Of a DNA stretch of 64,000 nucleotides, positions 1 to 14,991 are shown one piece after another. The translations under genes and the position numbers were made by a program. The notes under the pieces were generated by a model. That model saw only the letters and a program-made list of their open reading frames with translations. It did not search any database and was not told the DNA's origin. The stretch is from contig CM120640.1 of NCBI GenBank assembly GCA_051362555.1, forward strand, positions 54,414,788-54,478,787, in the 5' to 3' direction. This stretch comes from Lingula anatina (taxonomy: Eukaryota > Animalia > Brachiopoda). Within the stretch, counting starts at the first letter, position 1, and every line of letters begins with the position of its first letter.

Positions 1-3000
1 CTACTCCTACTCATTGTTTGAGTCGACCCGTACCGCCTTACATTGAATCTCTGATACTGAATACACGTTCATATCTGTGGAAAGCAATACACGTAATGCT
101 ACACCAAGCTAATTTGTTGAGTGAGAGGGAAATGCCAAGAAGGGAGGAGATATGTAAAATTTCTTGTTTACGTGACGACGCTCGTGAAATATAAATCACA
201 GCAACAGCTCTGTTTTTCATGGGAATACGTTCGCCTAAAAGGTATGCTTTATGGTACATGCGATAACATTCTCATTCAAAGGAATCATGAGTAGATGGGG
301 CATTTGTATAGTAATGCCAATGATCAATGTATTAAGAGCTTTCATAAAAATGCATGCTATAAAGACGCTCCACCGACTATCGTAATATCCGTCACACACA
401 AAACAATTATGGTCCATGGTTTCTATAGCAACAAATTGCTTCTACCTCCGAGCAACCGGTGTTCTTGCAGAAAAAAGCCAAATAAATTTTCATAAGCAAA
501 ATAGCGAAAATTTATTCGAATTGTCAATATCAAAACAGAAAGTTATTTCCAATCCAAGTTTACTTAAAAGTACGAACACTGTTAATGTTTAGCGTTGTGC
601 CTGTACAGTTGTACATTCAAGTCAGAAAAAGTTATCTCCAATCCAAGTTTACGCAGTAACTGTTTAGCATCGTACACGCATGGAAAGTTTTGATATCAGT
701 TACCTACGGTAATTGCAGCAGTTTTCAGGTTGATGAGTCGGGTGTTAATCTGCTCACAACGATAAAGGGAAATTAGTTGCCTGTAGCGATATCTACAGCA
801 TATCGATACTAGTACAGTGTATAATATTGGCATAAAATACTGCAAAAAGAAATATATTCACGTGAAATGAAAGACTTTTGGCAAACATTTCCCTTCACAT
901 ATGTACCGCATTTGTTCGGTGAGGTCACTTAAGTTTACCAAATACGGGGTTAATTACAGAATAGAATCCTTACAAGTTATGGCTGCAATTCATGGTTTTA
1001 TTTCAACATATGACGGGCATGTTTATTTAATTTATTCAGGTGTTCCTTCGGTGCTGTCACCTCGTTTGTGCATTCGTGCAAAATGTTTTATATTTTTAAC
1101 AAGTGCCTCAAATAATGAATGTTTTTATTGAAAAGAAGAGATCTGTAAATTTTAATGAAAACGTGTCTGTTATTGTTATTTCTGTACTTATTCAGGTATG
1201 TTGACCGGGCAATAAACAGTACGTACATCTACAATAACACAAGTTTTAAAATATTTTTTAAAAGGGTTTTGAATTACACTGTTTTCCATCAACATTTCTT
1301 CCAGAAAAATCTTTCTCGCCTATATAAAGCTACAATCCGTTCCGTGGGTATTGTTTTAAGCTTAAGATCCATGCCAGGCTTTCTACGTCTTCACATCAGT
1401 ACTTAAAAAATTTTCTTTTAACTAGTCATTTTTACAAACCTTGGTTACAAAATTAAGGGCCAGCAAATCGCTGCAAAGACAATGTACAACTGACCGTTAA
1501 TCATGTGTAATAACAAAATTGGGTTGACAAGTGAACGACAATGTTTTTGATTTAATCGTTTTGAAAACATTCTGACAAACCGTTTTGGGCATTTATTCCA
1601 TCGTTGTCTTCATTGAACCAAAATATGGTTGTCATTAATATACTTTCACGTATCTTTGCACTTTTGTTTTAATGCATTGTAGAATCGCTTTGAACACATC
1701 GACGTCGTAGGATAATCGATACATCGGGACCGATAACGGATTCTAATTTTGGTTACATACTAGATACTTTTTCCCATTTATTACAATAGTGCCCTTTTGT
1801 GCTACTCTCTGATTGCTTTTGTCCTATATTTAGCTATTTCATAACATGCATACCCTGCTGCTAACGTCATCTTTCCCATTCTTTTAAAACAATCTAAACG
1901 AGTTTGGATCATTTCGCAAACTTCTTTCGAAATTCTCATCGGAATTGATGGCCTTGCCTTTTCTCGCCATCATCAGCTTCAGTTCTTGATCTCTAATCCC
2001 GACGTAGTTTAACAACTAATGCAGTTATAACATGTTATACATGGCTTATGTTAGTAATAGGGCGCTAATTTGTAGCTAAACTCCCTCCATTTTGGCTCAT
2101 TCACTAGATTATTAAAACAAACAAGCATTTTTACCTTCGAAAACATAAGCTTTTCTTAAATCAAGCATAAACGTTACTACCTATGAAAAGTAATGAAATG
2201 CCCAGGGAAGACAAAGAGCTTGGTCCGCTACAGAGAACTCAAGTAGCACTCACAGATTGAAGTAAGTTTACATTTCGATGAAAGTACTTTCTAACATAGG
2301 CCGCTATAGCAAGTTCGACACAAAATTATTGATGGCTATACCGATTATGAATGTATCTTAATGGGGCTAAAACGCCTTCTTTATCTCATACTCAAAGAGA
2401 TGAAACAAAGCTCTCGTGAAAAAATACATCTCCGCTATTGCTGATTACCGCTGTGAACCTCCATGGCTTTGAGTTCAAGCAAAGCGTCCAATTCCCATTA
2501 ATTTCAATGATTGATCTCACCTTACGACCGCCTTTTTGTGATGTATCTTTAGCTCTTATGTTCTTTTCAGATCTGCGTACTGAAACCAGACAAGCAAGAG
2601 CGTTATTTGAAACCTTGTGCTCGAAGATGACGGCGGCCAGGACCTGACGCTTGGTGAAATATTGTTTCGGACACTTGAAGCAGGCAATAAGGACGTTTAT
2701 ATAATCAATGGACAGTTGTGAAAAGTCACGTATTATGTGATTGAAATTATTAAGAAGGATTGTTGATCCTGCTTATTAGTACCTTTATCAGGTGTATGAA
2801 CATATACTTCACAGTGGTAATCATTCACTCCTCGGGCTTAACCTGGAAAGCTGCGCTCATCTCTTTTCTTCGAAAGGCTCCGGAAACACTGGCTTTCTTT
2901 TCTAGTTGCCTGTCTAAGTGACAGAGACAAAGAGCATTAGATTGAGGAAGCTTCTTGGTAAGTCAGCGATTTGACAATCTGGAAAATGTTTTGCTTTCAT

Positions 3001-3211
3001 TAAGTTGTGACTTAACAAGAAGCCTAAAGAGAACGTAAAAGTCAAAAGGTACGACTCCAGTGGTTTGCTCTTCACATGCGGGACACGTTTTTGACACTGA
3101 TCACGGAATCGATTTTGATATACATCTGGTTTGTATATTAGCACCATCAGACCGGATCTAAGCTGATGGTTCTCGGCATTTACATGAAAGCATATAATTG
3201 ATTTACGATTA

Positions 3212-3877
3212 ATGAAAACATTTGCATTGCAGTGGAACTTAATGATAATGAAGGGGAACTCTTTGGAGGACGCTGAATGGAGCTTCAGTACGGAGAAACC
3301 GCATTTTCTGACGACACCTTCCATAAATTTCAATGTCTCGCATTCCATGCTAAATAGTTCAGGTGTACACTTTCTGTTGTCTCAGAACAGTTCAAATGAC
3401 AACATGTCTGCAAGGTGGAACAATAGCACCTATGGGGATTATGATCGCCCATCCATTCCTTCTTTCAATCGCATGTCTCTGATCAAAACTATATTATTCG
3501 GTATTTTTCTTCTCATCTCGGTTGTAGGAAACACGCTGACATTGGTACAAGTGTATAGGATGCGGAGACGGAAATCTACGATCAACACGTTAGTATTTTT
3601 ACTTGCGTCGGCTGACCTGATGGTTTCTTTTTTTGTAATGGTGACAGAAATGACCTGGACTATTACAGTTCAGTGGCTGGCAGGGACATTTATGTGTAAA
3701 CTCATGAAATATCTGGAGGTCTTTGGTTTTTATCTGTCTACATATACGGTAGTGATTATCAGTTTAGATAGATGCTGTGCGATTTTGGACCCCCTAAGAA
3801 GAAACAGAGCCCCAGACCGAGTGAGAGCCATGATAATTGTCGCCTGGATCCTTAGTGCCTTATTCAGTATCCCGCAG
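3212..3877 (+). CDS. GNRHR: GPCR coding exon 1 (N-glycosylated ectodomain, TM1-TM4)
   Basis: ORF 3212; donor CCGCAG|GTAAGT at 3877/3878, phase 0; several NxS/T sequons in the N-terminus. Confidence 0.9.
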
Positions 3878-5060
3878 GTAAGTGTATTTGCTTCTCACCA
3901 CTTGCTCTTGGACATAAGAAACGTTTTACTTGCCTAATACTTGGTGAATGATAATCATATTCCCATACTGGTTTTCTTTTCTTGCAACAAAATCTTGTGC
4001 ACGGATCTATCCTATACCTGGTATTTTGAATATATAATAATATTCAATACATACCATTGGACGCATGCAAATAATACCAATCGAAACTACAATGCTGCTA
4101 GGACTATTCTGCAAGAATTCGAAACGACAAGGTTTTAAAGAACTGACATAATAATATGACAAATTTAATTAATTGACGTAGCCTGCATTTGCATTCCGGT
4201 CCATGGAATCGTTTAGTCGGCATTTGAATACAAAAGAGGAATGTTCGTAATATCTCAAGCCTTTCCTCAGTTTAATGTCGCTGATGATATTTGTAGTTCT
4301 AACAGTGCTATAAAGTGTACAGCTGGTTTGATAAACAAAATACGTACGAATAGGTGGTTTGATAAGCAAAAGGTTGAAATTTGATGAATATATCAATTAT
4401 GCATTCATGGATATCCTTTGAACTGTGTTGAAATGTCTTCTCTCAATCCCAGGAATCGTCTTGTTAATCTTAAGTGATCCACATGGTGCAATACAGAAAC
4501 AGGAGCAAACAACCCAAAACACACTTGTCATCTAACAAAACATAAATCTAACATTAAGCTGTACGCAGGGTTGCGTCAACATTCCACAGCTGCCATTGCT
4601 CCTCATTCCATACTGATGAGATTAGAAGCAATATACATTGCAATAAGTGATGCATGAACATATCCAGACTCCCAACAAATATGAGATGGACTTTTATTCG
4701 TTTTATGTGATGTGGATTTGGAGACAGTGAAGAGGAAATGGGCGCGTTATCCTCCGTCATGTGTACACTGATACGTACTTGTGATAACGGAGATAGATCG
4801 ATTCACTAGATGTTTAATCAACATCACGTCGCGTCTCGCTAGTAGGTGAGAATATATGTTTTAGTAGCAAATAAAGTAATTATCCTTTTAACCTATATCG
4901 CAGCACACAAATGTGTGAAAGCAATTACAAATGTTCCCGGAACGCGCGTTAAAATTCCTCCAGGGCATTTGCACTGTGACGCAGCACTGTGGTGATTAGA
5001 TCGCAGTGCCAATGTTAATGCTAAGATATTTATCACAATACTTTTCTGGTATAGACTGAT

Positions 5061-5096
<36 letters not shown>

Positions 5097-8000
5097 CTTT
5101 TTGGGATTTACTTTTTTGGCTTCTATGCCAGGGTATGATACAATAGCGACAAATTCACATTTGTTATGAACAACATAAGCGAGGCAATGGTAATGGCTTT
5201 AGTTTAATACCCTAGTCTACCTTTTGAGAGAGAAAATTGGCGGCACAGTCCACCCGGTGGCGTTTATTGATTGTTAATCTCACTTTTAAGGCCTTTTTCA
5301 GTGTACTCAAAAGTTGGATAACTACAAGTATTTCTGTGTATCTGACAGTCAATCTATTATAATAATTATTTAGTTTTGTACAATTCCAGTATGGTGTAAA
5401 TGTACGGATAAAAGAAAACATATCAAGTCCAATTTCTGTTAACGTCAAGGGCATTAAAAAAGGCAATCAGTTCAAAACAGAAACTGTCGCATTGAGAGGA
5501 TGCTTATGTTTTCCCAAGGGTCGATTGCATTTCTCAGGACTAAAATTCATTTGACATGTTCACAGGACCTTGATGAATATATGATTTGCGTGTGACTTTC
5601 GCCGTTTAACTGTATAGTAATTTAGCACATTGCACTAAGGATGATAAATGCGTTAGCAGATTATTGAAATTTCCGGCTGCAGTATAGAGCATAGATGGAT
5701 GAAGAAAGTAAAGAGATATAAAGTGCGTGCGAATTCATTAATTTGTGTTGAAATTTAAAAAAAAACAGCATATCGGATAACATGCAATGCTCCCCCATAG
5801 TGTTTTCTGTTGCAAGATCGTCTACAAGTGCTTATTAATTAAAATACTTATTTCAAAAACCCATTTATCTATATCAGACATGATATTTTACTGCAAAAGT
5901 GACTCGACCAATTGCCCACCCGAGGGGATTTCACGCTGTTGGTTATGACTCCCATGTTTTCATAGCTAGCTGATCTAGATTGAGTGTTCTTTCGCCCTGG
6001 AAGTAGAGACGTTACCTGTAATCAATAACCTGTTACGCGATATATTAAAATACATGCCGGCAAAATTCACTTAAAGTATCAGAAGTCGGTATTTGATTCT
6101 TGTGGTCTATAAATACATACATGTTAAACCTGAGCCTTGTTTTGTTACCTTTAATGTAAAGAAAATTTACATAAGGATTCTCAGGTTACTGCTTCTCTAT
6201 TTGATCAAACCTTTATAATGGTGTCTATTTTATCAAATCCTTTCAGCATGGTTCCTTTAAACATATCATAATTTTTATGGAAAATGTCATTCTAAATCAA
6301 ACCCTTTGATGGCTATTTGTAAGTCTTTATCTTTGAGAATAGTGTTCAACCTGGCTAAATATTGTTTCACAATGCTATCTCTGGCATCCAGGTAGGTTAC
6401 AACTTTGCTCATGAATGCTAATTTTTGTAACCGTCCTTGAACAGAGTATAGAGGCATTCTCATTTGCCGTTTGCTGAACTTCTTTGCAAATTATGTAGCT
6501 ATTTCAACCTTGCAATATAGCTACATGTATCTAGATCCAGTTACTAGTGCTGCACGCAGTGTGCACACTCACATTGTGAGGATCAAAGCCCATTTAACCG
6601 TGAAAAGGGCAAACTAACATATCTGGCTGTTAGCCATTTAGAATGGTTGTTTCTTGCTTCTTTTTCCACCCGATCGAGCTGCAATAGCGGTTTACATGTA
6701 ATAAATTCCATAATAAGCCTATAAACGGATCTGAATCCATTATAAGTATTCAAAAGTCGATTTGAAAAAGAAATGCTGTGTCAAGATAACGGGTCATTCT
6801 TGAAATATATTTGATGGAAGATTTTATATTAATTGTTGGTTTTCTTTGGATCTTCAAAGGATGACAAAGGTCTAACTAAATCTCTTTCGGCTTACTCAGA
6901 AATAGTGATTTTCTGTGTTTCAGAGTTACTTCTGATCAAATAATTATCAGTATTATAAATTTATAATCATAAGTTACTGATGGCAGTTTCCATGAGACTC
7001 AATTACACTTCCGCTTTTGGTATTTTAAATTTTCCTATCGCTCACCTGGCGGTAATATGAGTTACAATTATTAGACCGTTGTTATCATGGTGCAAGTTAT
7101 TTAATCGAAGAATGGGATTTTAAACTAAAGTATGAAGGATTCTTTAAATTAACAGCACTTAAGTAACCATCCCCCGAGAAAAGTACGAATGCCTTGTTTT
7201 TTCATGCAACCAACAACCGCATTGACGAATACGATACGACCAAATCCTTTGGTGGTATCTGTTTTTTAAATGATTAAACCACATGTTATTGACTAGTTGC
7301 TTGGTGTATTTCATAATGCCTCGCGGTATTAGCGCTTAGATGTCAAGCTATATTCCCCCGGTGCTTGAGGAAAGACTGTTTGCTAGTAAGTGAAATGCAG
7401 AGATTATATATTTTAATACTTCTTGGCCCGTCATTTGTATTACCCGATCCACTCAACATCAGACTTATGTTTTTCTTATAAAACGAGAAAAAGAAAAACC
7501 CAACACTGAAGAAACCCACATAAGCAAGATTGTGGTATCGCGCAATTATCTTCGACATTGAATCAAAAAAGTACATTTATTCTCTATTTCACATCCCCCG
7601 ATTAAAGGATTGTTATGGTATACTTAGCTTTACTACTTCCTGCACTGGATAATACCTTGTTGCTACATGTATTTCGAAATGATAAAAGAAATCTGATATT
7701 TTGGCAGGTCAAAGCAAGGCGACATGCACTCGCCTCGTTTTTAACATTTTGAGATATACCGTGTCCCAAACAACGATTCAACTGCAGCTGTGTTTAAGAT
7801 GATGAAACAATTAAGTTAACCCCAGCTACTTTTAGTGGTCGTTATCGAAACACGTGCGTCGTTCATTCTCAAAAATGATACTGACTGAATGTTTAGCTGA
7901 CTGAATGTTTTCTAAAATAACGTGCAACGAAAAACACAAATGAATTTAGCCCTTTAGATGCACCCTCATTGTCTTAATTAGCACAAAGCTCCCTTCACTT

Positions 8001-11000
8001 CGTCTGAGAGAGCATACAGCAAGGAGCTTTCGTGCCTCCACTCCGGGTAGCTGTTATCAGGCTTAAGTCGCTGTCGGTAAATAAAAAAGTGAATCTCAAC
8101 GATGACATTAATGTGTTATTAACCGGCCGTAGAACACAAGGAGGCCATAACATCTGTAAGTCGTAGAAAACCAAATTTATTGCGAAATGAATAATCTTAG
8201 TACAGCTGTTTAAGTATTATTTTTCACTTCTCAATGTCTGTGAGACTCTGTTGCTATTTCACGTCGCAACAATCAGAGCACTACTGCAAACAAAACCCCA
8301 TGCAAGCCTTTTTGCATGATTTCAGAAAAAATACTTTGGTAGGGTCTTATTTTCGAAAAAAAAAAACTCGTGAAGCTGAAAATCAGTTCATTAGATAATT
8401 AAATGCACGCCTGCAAAATGAAAATCCGGGCACAGCATGTCACAACTTAGAGTTTATATCAATGCCAAATTAGTCAAACGTTCGTGATCTTCAAACAAAT
8501 TATTATCACAATTTTGATCCCTTGGAATCGCCTGTCGATATATCTGAATTTATGTAAAGAGACTGAAATGTTAGAGGAAAGGATAGAAAACATATTTCTT
8601 TGTAAACTGATTATGCAGCCATTAATCTAACTGCTTTTGAAAATATCAATGCCTGTGGTGGAGTTACTTCGAAAGATAAAAAGATACTCCCAGAGATGCC
8701 CTACTGAAGACTTGCGCCTTATATAGTTAAAACAATAATACCAACGGAAACCTTGATTCAAAGAGGGTAACGAGTGCCGATTCGAACATTGTGTCTGGGG
8801 ATCTTGATGTTCGTCAAGTCCATTGTCTTCTCATATCGGGACAATGATTATGGCAGCAATTTTGATATTTTTGATTAAATGTTTACGTTATTACTAGAAG
8901 ATCAAGTTTCATATTGTGGTTTTAAGTTAAACGAAGGTCAACTGTTAAACACTGGACGTGAAATTTGTATTGTGAAATGTTTTCCAAGCAATTCCTCTTT
9001 TTACGTTGTTTCTTTTCTGATATACTTTTTACGTTGTTTCTTTTCTTTTCAGTTCATGAAACATATTTAATTGAGAGTCAAGGGAGGCCAACGTGAGAAG
9101 CATTGCATGCTGTTTTTCCTTGTATAACATCCAAACGTTCGTAGAAAGAAATCATCAGAAGACAATTAGTCTATCGGAAAAATGATATAAACCCCTCTTG
9201 GTATAAGCTTTTGGAAGTGTGCCCTGCTGAAATAACAATATTTCGTTACTTGCACATGCCATCTACTATTATCACAAGGACATGCTTCCAAGAAACAATT
9301 TTTATGAATGTTTACTCATAAGGAATAACACTCTGTCAAACAACGGTAATGTTTTCTTTAACATTTCACCAAGATAATCATTTAACCTAATGTGGTACCA
9401 GGTCGATTGTTTTTCCGTGAAAATGGTTGTTCGGGAAAAGTATCAATTGAATGTGGAGGATAGTGCGCATGTATTAATATATGGGATTTAACAGATATAC
9501 ATGTATTTTGTATACAAAGAAACAACAAAATAACCAGTTACGTGATGTCCCCCTCTTACTTTCTTACTTGACTCCCAAGCTGTAAACAAAGATATACAAC
9601 TGCAAAGCCCGATAGACTGTCTTCTGACGATTTCTTTCTACGAACGTTTGGATGTTATACAAGGAAATACAGCATGCGATGCTTCTCTCGATGGCCTTCC
9701 TTGACTCTCAATTTAAAATGTTTCATGAACTGAAATGGCACAGTCATGGATACTGGCTATTCTCTCGTCATATATAAGATATGTGTCATGTGTCAATTAT
9801 GTAAGTTTAATGTTTTCGTAACATGTGCTATCATTGGTAAGTCACAATATTATTTCGATTTCTCTAGGATACTTTTGGTTTAATAAAATGATCCATTTTA
9901 TTAAAATCATTAAAATAGAAACAATATTGATAGAAAAAGTCTCGAATCTTGGGAATTTGACATCTAACCAAACGTCATGTCGGTATCACGCTCGTCTGGT
10001 AGATGCAACTTGAATATTTGACTGTGCATGGAAGGGTCAAATTTGATTATGAAATATACGAGCTTTTCTCTCTTTCATTGTAATCTCTTTTACTCTACAT
10101 GTAGAATTGTTTTTTTTAGGCTATTGTGTTCACAGTAGAAAAAGCACCGTTCGCAGGGATTGACTACTACCAATGTGTCACTTTCACCATCCTGACTCAG
10201 AAATGGCAGGAGCAGCTGTACGCTATATTGACCATCATAACAACGTTTATTCTCCCGCTGCTTACCATGATAATTGCCTATGCTCTCATATTCCTCGCGA
10301 TTACGAGGACTTCTAAGGATTTCCAGGGTAAGTTTCGTATGGACGTATCATAAAATGGAATTTATTTAGAGATAAGTAGCACCTTGGAGGCTTCTTGACA
10401 ATGATATGATATTTTGGGTGCTATTTATGAAATGGAGGCATTTAATACTTTTAGGGTGCATTCCCATGGATTTTAGATCGATCTATCCCCCTGGGGAGTC
10501 TCACTAGATTACTGTCAGATAATCCGGCTTAAATGTCCGCCCCGCCTACTACAAGCTGTAAGGGGGTAATTAACTTTTGTGCCCGCTCGGCTGACAACTA
10601 TTTAGCGTGAACCTCCAGGGAGTTAGGTCGATCTAGTTGGATCGATCTAATCTCAGGGAATGGGGTCTTAGGCTTATCACTACGGATTAATTCTTTCACA
10701 ACATTGTGTTATTTTACTGAATTTTTATCTTTTACTTTGACAATTTCCCCTTGATGCCTTTATATGAAATACAGATGTGGTCGACATTTTATTTTATCAA
10801 TTTATGACCAATAACTTTACAAAAGATGCAGTATATCAGAGAGAGACCATATACATATTTTGTGCACATGAATTTATCAATACCAACTTTTTAGCTCAGG
10901 CTTTGTTACCACCAATATGAGGCATATTCCAGAGAGGCTATGAGTTGATATCCTCATTATTTATTCGCCCTTGTCACGGTCAATAATTTGAAATAAACAT

Positions 11001-14000
11001 GTCTGAAAAATATGCACATACCCAAAAAAACTCACACTTGTCAAATTTTTACTTTATTATATACAAGCCGGTGTATCGGTTTTTATACCTTTAATGGTTA
11101 ATGCCAGTATTGTAAAGTTATTGGTCCTGGCATCTGCACAGCGAAACACACACTTGCAAGCGCAAACGCACATGCAAATACATGTTCCAGTAAGATACCT
11201 TCCCATATCCAATATGACTTTCGGTGCTGTAAATGACATTCCTCCTCATTTACAATATCATTACCTTGTGAATGTGACCTTTTGTGATTTGATTATTCTT
11301 GTCACATATTTCATCATTCTGCTTTTATAGTATTATCTCAACTCTCATCATTGGGTCATTTATTAGGAGCACTTTTGCATCCTGGGTTGACGCAGGCTAA
11401 GGCTACTAGCTTTTACTCATTTCCGTAGCCCATAGAAAAGTACTGCGCACATTCAACTGGTTGGCAATTTTCCTACAGTATAGCTTATTACTTGAAAAAG
11501 ACCTTTTGTGCTTATCAGGGTTTGTTTATTTAGATTTAAGGTAAACGGGAGAAAGCGAAACACACAAGTGGGTCATCCCATGATCAATGAAATTTTAGTT
11601 GAATTAAGTGACTCTAGAAACACCTTCTTCATCCAATGGCTGTCGAAATCACATGCAAACCAAATAGTCTCGACCTGGATGATGAAGCCTTTTACTCATA
11701 TCTGAAAACAGTCTAAAAGCAGGACCAAATAACCTGTGAGAGAAAACAACCAAATTCTTGTGGTCGCAAACATATTTCATGATTGACACTAATAATATAA
11801 AACAATTACATATTTTTAATATTTCAATTTATTAATCTCTCCCCGGAGAACAGTCAGATTAATGCTTAAGTGTAAACTGACGTAGGGAACGTTTACAATA
11901 ATGAGTTATATCGATCTAGCTAATACGCCCTAACTCCACGGGTACTCTCGCTGAATCCAACATGTTTAACAGACTAACACACCTCCTCCTGACGTTGAGT
12001 AGAATGCAGAGAAGCTGATTATACGATTACGTTAGAAACAAGAAAAGGCATGTTAATAAGTTAATCTGATAGCATTCAGCAAGACTCCCCGTGGAAATTA
12101 GTGCGCATTGCATACATGTATCTCTTTCTGAACGGTCCCGTAGAATTTAAATTTCTATTGTGCTTAGGAATTATGCACCCCTTTTCAGAAGAATCGTCTG
12201 ATGTATCACGTGGACACGTAAGGAGTCAGTTGCTTCGAAAAGCCAAGACAAAGTCACTTATCATGACCACCATAATTGTGGTAGCCTTCATAGTCTGCTG
12301 GAGTCCATATTACATATTTTGGCTATGGCATACCTTCAATACACAAAGTTCACAGGATAACGACAGTAATACCGTCGGAACCTGGGTCTTCTTCTTCGGT
12401 ATGGCGAACTCCATGGTGAACCCGATGATATACGGAGCCTTCCACATATGTCGCAGTCAAAGGTACACTATGGGGCCATTCAGAAAGAGAAGAGCCGAGT
12501 GCTAGCTGGTCCACGGCCGACATATGGCGGACCTACATGAAAGGAAGACCGCTTAATCCTGTAATGGTCTCTCCGCCTCTTTCACGCCTCCCCACGTATC
12601 GTCCCTGCAGGGGCACAGTAATTAAATCTCGGCTCAATTCGACCGGTCGATTGACGAGGCGTGTGAGAGGCGGAGAGACCATTACGCGGTCTTCCGTTCA
12701 TGTAGGTCCACCATATTTAGGCCGTGGACCAGCTAGCACTCGGCTCTTCTCATTCTGAATGCCCCGTATTTCTGAATACAGTCTTCTCCCACAGAGACAT
12801 GTCAAATTTGTTACTGGCACCTACCTTCCCAAAGGTCCGTTTTAATCTGACTGTGTGACACTTTAGTCTCGTCCCTGTGCATGGCATCTGCAAGTACGTG
12901 AAACACCCATACATTAACCATCCGTGTTTGTTCTGCTAGTCACGGCGAACTAAATCAGTGAGTAAATACGTTTAAAAGATTTGCTTTAGACTAGAAATGC
13001 TCTGGAAAATATAAACCCCAGTTTAACAGACAGTAATCAAAAATTCATTAGAAATCATCAGTTAGATAATAGCAGAAATCTACTTTCTTTCTTCGGTGAA
13101 AATGAAAATGATTTCGAATTCTCGCTCACTTTGGTAGGCTATATTCATACCAGCACGTAACGTATCTTTTTTACTTGCTTCAAAGTGAAAAATGTATTTA
13201 TTTGGAAAATGCAACATGTAGTTTAAAATGAACGGCCTTAAAATACCAGAGGTATTTAGTAATCAAGAAATGTTTTAGGTAAAGACATCTAGCGGTAACT
13301 GCATTGATATTCCATATTCTTGGACATCTAAGAAAGTGCAGCGCGTTTTGACTTATTACTTCTCGCAGAAACTCTTCCTTTCCGCTTTCACATCTGCATA
13401 TATGCTATGCAAACAACTCCTGCATGTGCCGTAGGTCCTAGATATATCGTGTTTCAGTGTTTATGGTTGTTTCCCAAAATGGATATGCATTTTATTCGGA
13501 TGATAACCATTCGCATGTTTTATCAAAGCAAATATTTTACTTCTTGATGTTAATTTTTTGGACCCTTTAATTCTATAGTAAAGGGTCTGTGCATATGTCA
13601 AACCTCAGGAAATCCGTGGGTTAGTTACCACAGTACTCAATGGCAGAAACGAAAATCAGCAACTGCTTTCAAAGACTATCCACTATGTTAGAATAAAATA
13701 TGGCCTGCTTGTGTTATTAGACCAAGTGCTAACGTTCACTACTGAAGAAAATACTTAAGTGAATCTTTACTAGTACTTAACTAAACAATGACAATTACTG
13801 AGATAATGAATATAAGGGTCCTGACTGTGCATTTCATAAATTGCAGTCGTTAAGTTTAAGCCAAATATAATATGGCTTTGAATAGAAAAAAATTTAAAAC
13901 GACTGTTAGAGCATTTGTTTAAAGACACCGAAATTTTAAAAGGCACTGACCGATGGGATGGTTCTTTAAAATCCGTTACGACATTTATATGCATTATTTC

Positions 14001-14943
14001 ATCTTAAACGAACCTCAATTTGGCTAAGTTTTCTGCAAAGTTATCCTTTATGGTCCTTAGTAACTTTAACTTTTCATCTTGCAATGCTTCGCCATGCGAC
14101 ACCCGAAGGTAAACAAAACCATGAATTTATTCATTAATGATTCGAGACAGCCCGTTAACAGACAGGCAGTAGATAAACTGTAGAATATCACATTTTACGA
14201 CTGCCTTTAAAGATCTCTCCACGGGATTTAGCCGCCAAAATGAATTTTCCTGGGGTGAAGGGCAATTTTCCCTTCTCGCGAACTATTGCTCGGCCCGTCC
14301 CTGCCCTTGGATTCGACGTCTTTTTCCTTTTTAACTTAAAAGTTCAGTTCTAAATGACTGGCCAGAATGACGTGTGCCTTTACGTGCATTGCATCCTTTT
14401 TGCAACTTTTTGCGGGTTGTTTGTTATCGCTGTCCTATGCCTTGTCAAGAAGCTGTACAACCACTTGGCTGTGTAGCCGAATATAGACTTTGTGACTGTG
14501 GGGGAGGGGGGGGGTTCAAACGCGTTGGGATCCCCTTTACGGTTCGGGTCATAGTCACTCTTTGTCTTATCACAAATAACGTGGAACACTTGCTGAGAAA
14601 TGGCAGACGATATTAACGAGACCCTATTCAAAATCTAGTTGTTAATACAATTCTGTTTAAAGCACCCTGCAGTCGTTCTAAGTGCGCTGAAAGATCGTGG
14701 GTATGTCATTTCCTACTAAGAACGAAGCTTGATACGCTGTTTGGGAGTACTGATACAGCTTGTATTGTTATTATGCAATATTTTGCTTGGCAACTACAGC
14801 GGAACAACTTGGCATTGGCAAAACGGAAATTTTACTCAACCCAGTCTGCTCTGAATACCGACTTTAGAACTCAATATCCAGAAACCGACTGCGTTGTTAT
14901 ACATAAGGCACATTTTCCTGCCTACCAATATCTGCTTAACTTG

Positions 14944-14991
<48 letters not shown>

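Noticed and set aside
2914-3348. 144-aa minus-strand ORF
   Set aside because: Antisense to the GPCR leader and exon 1; no domain signal.
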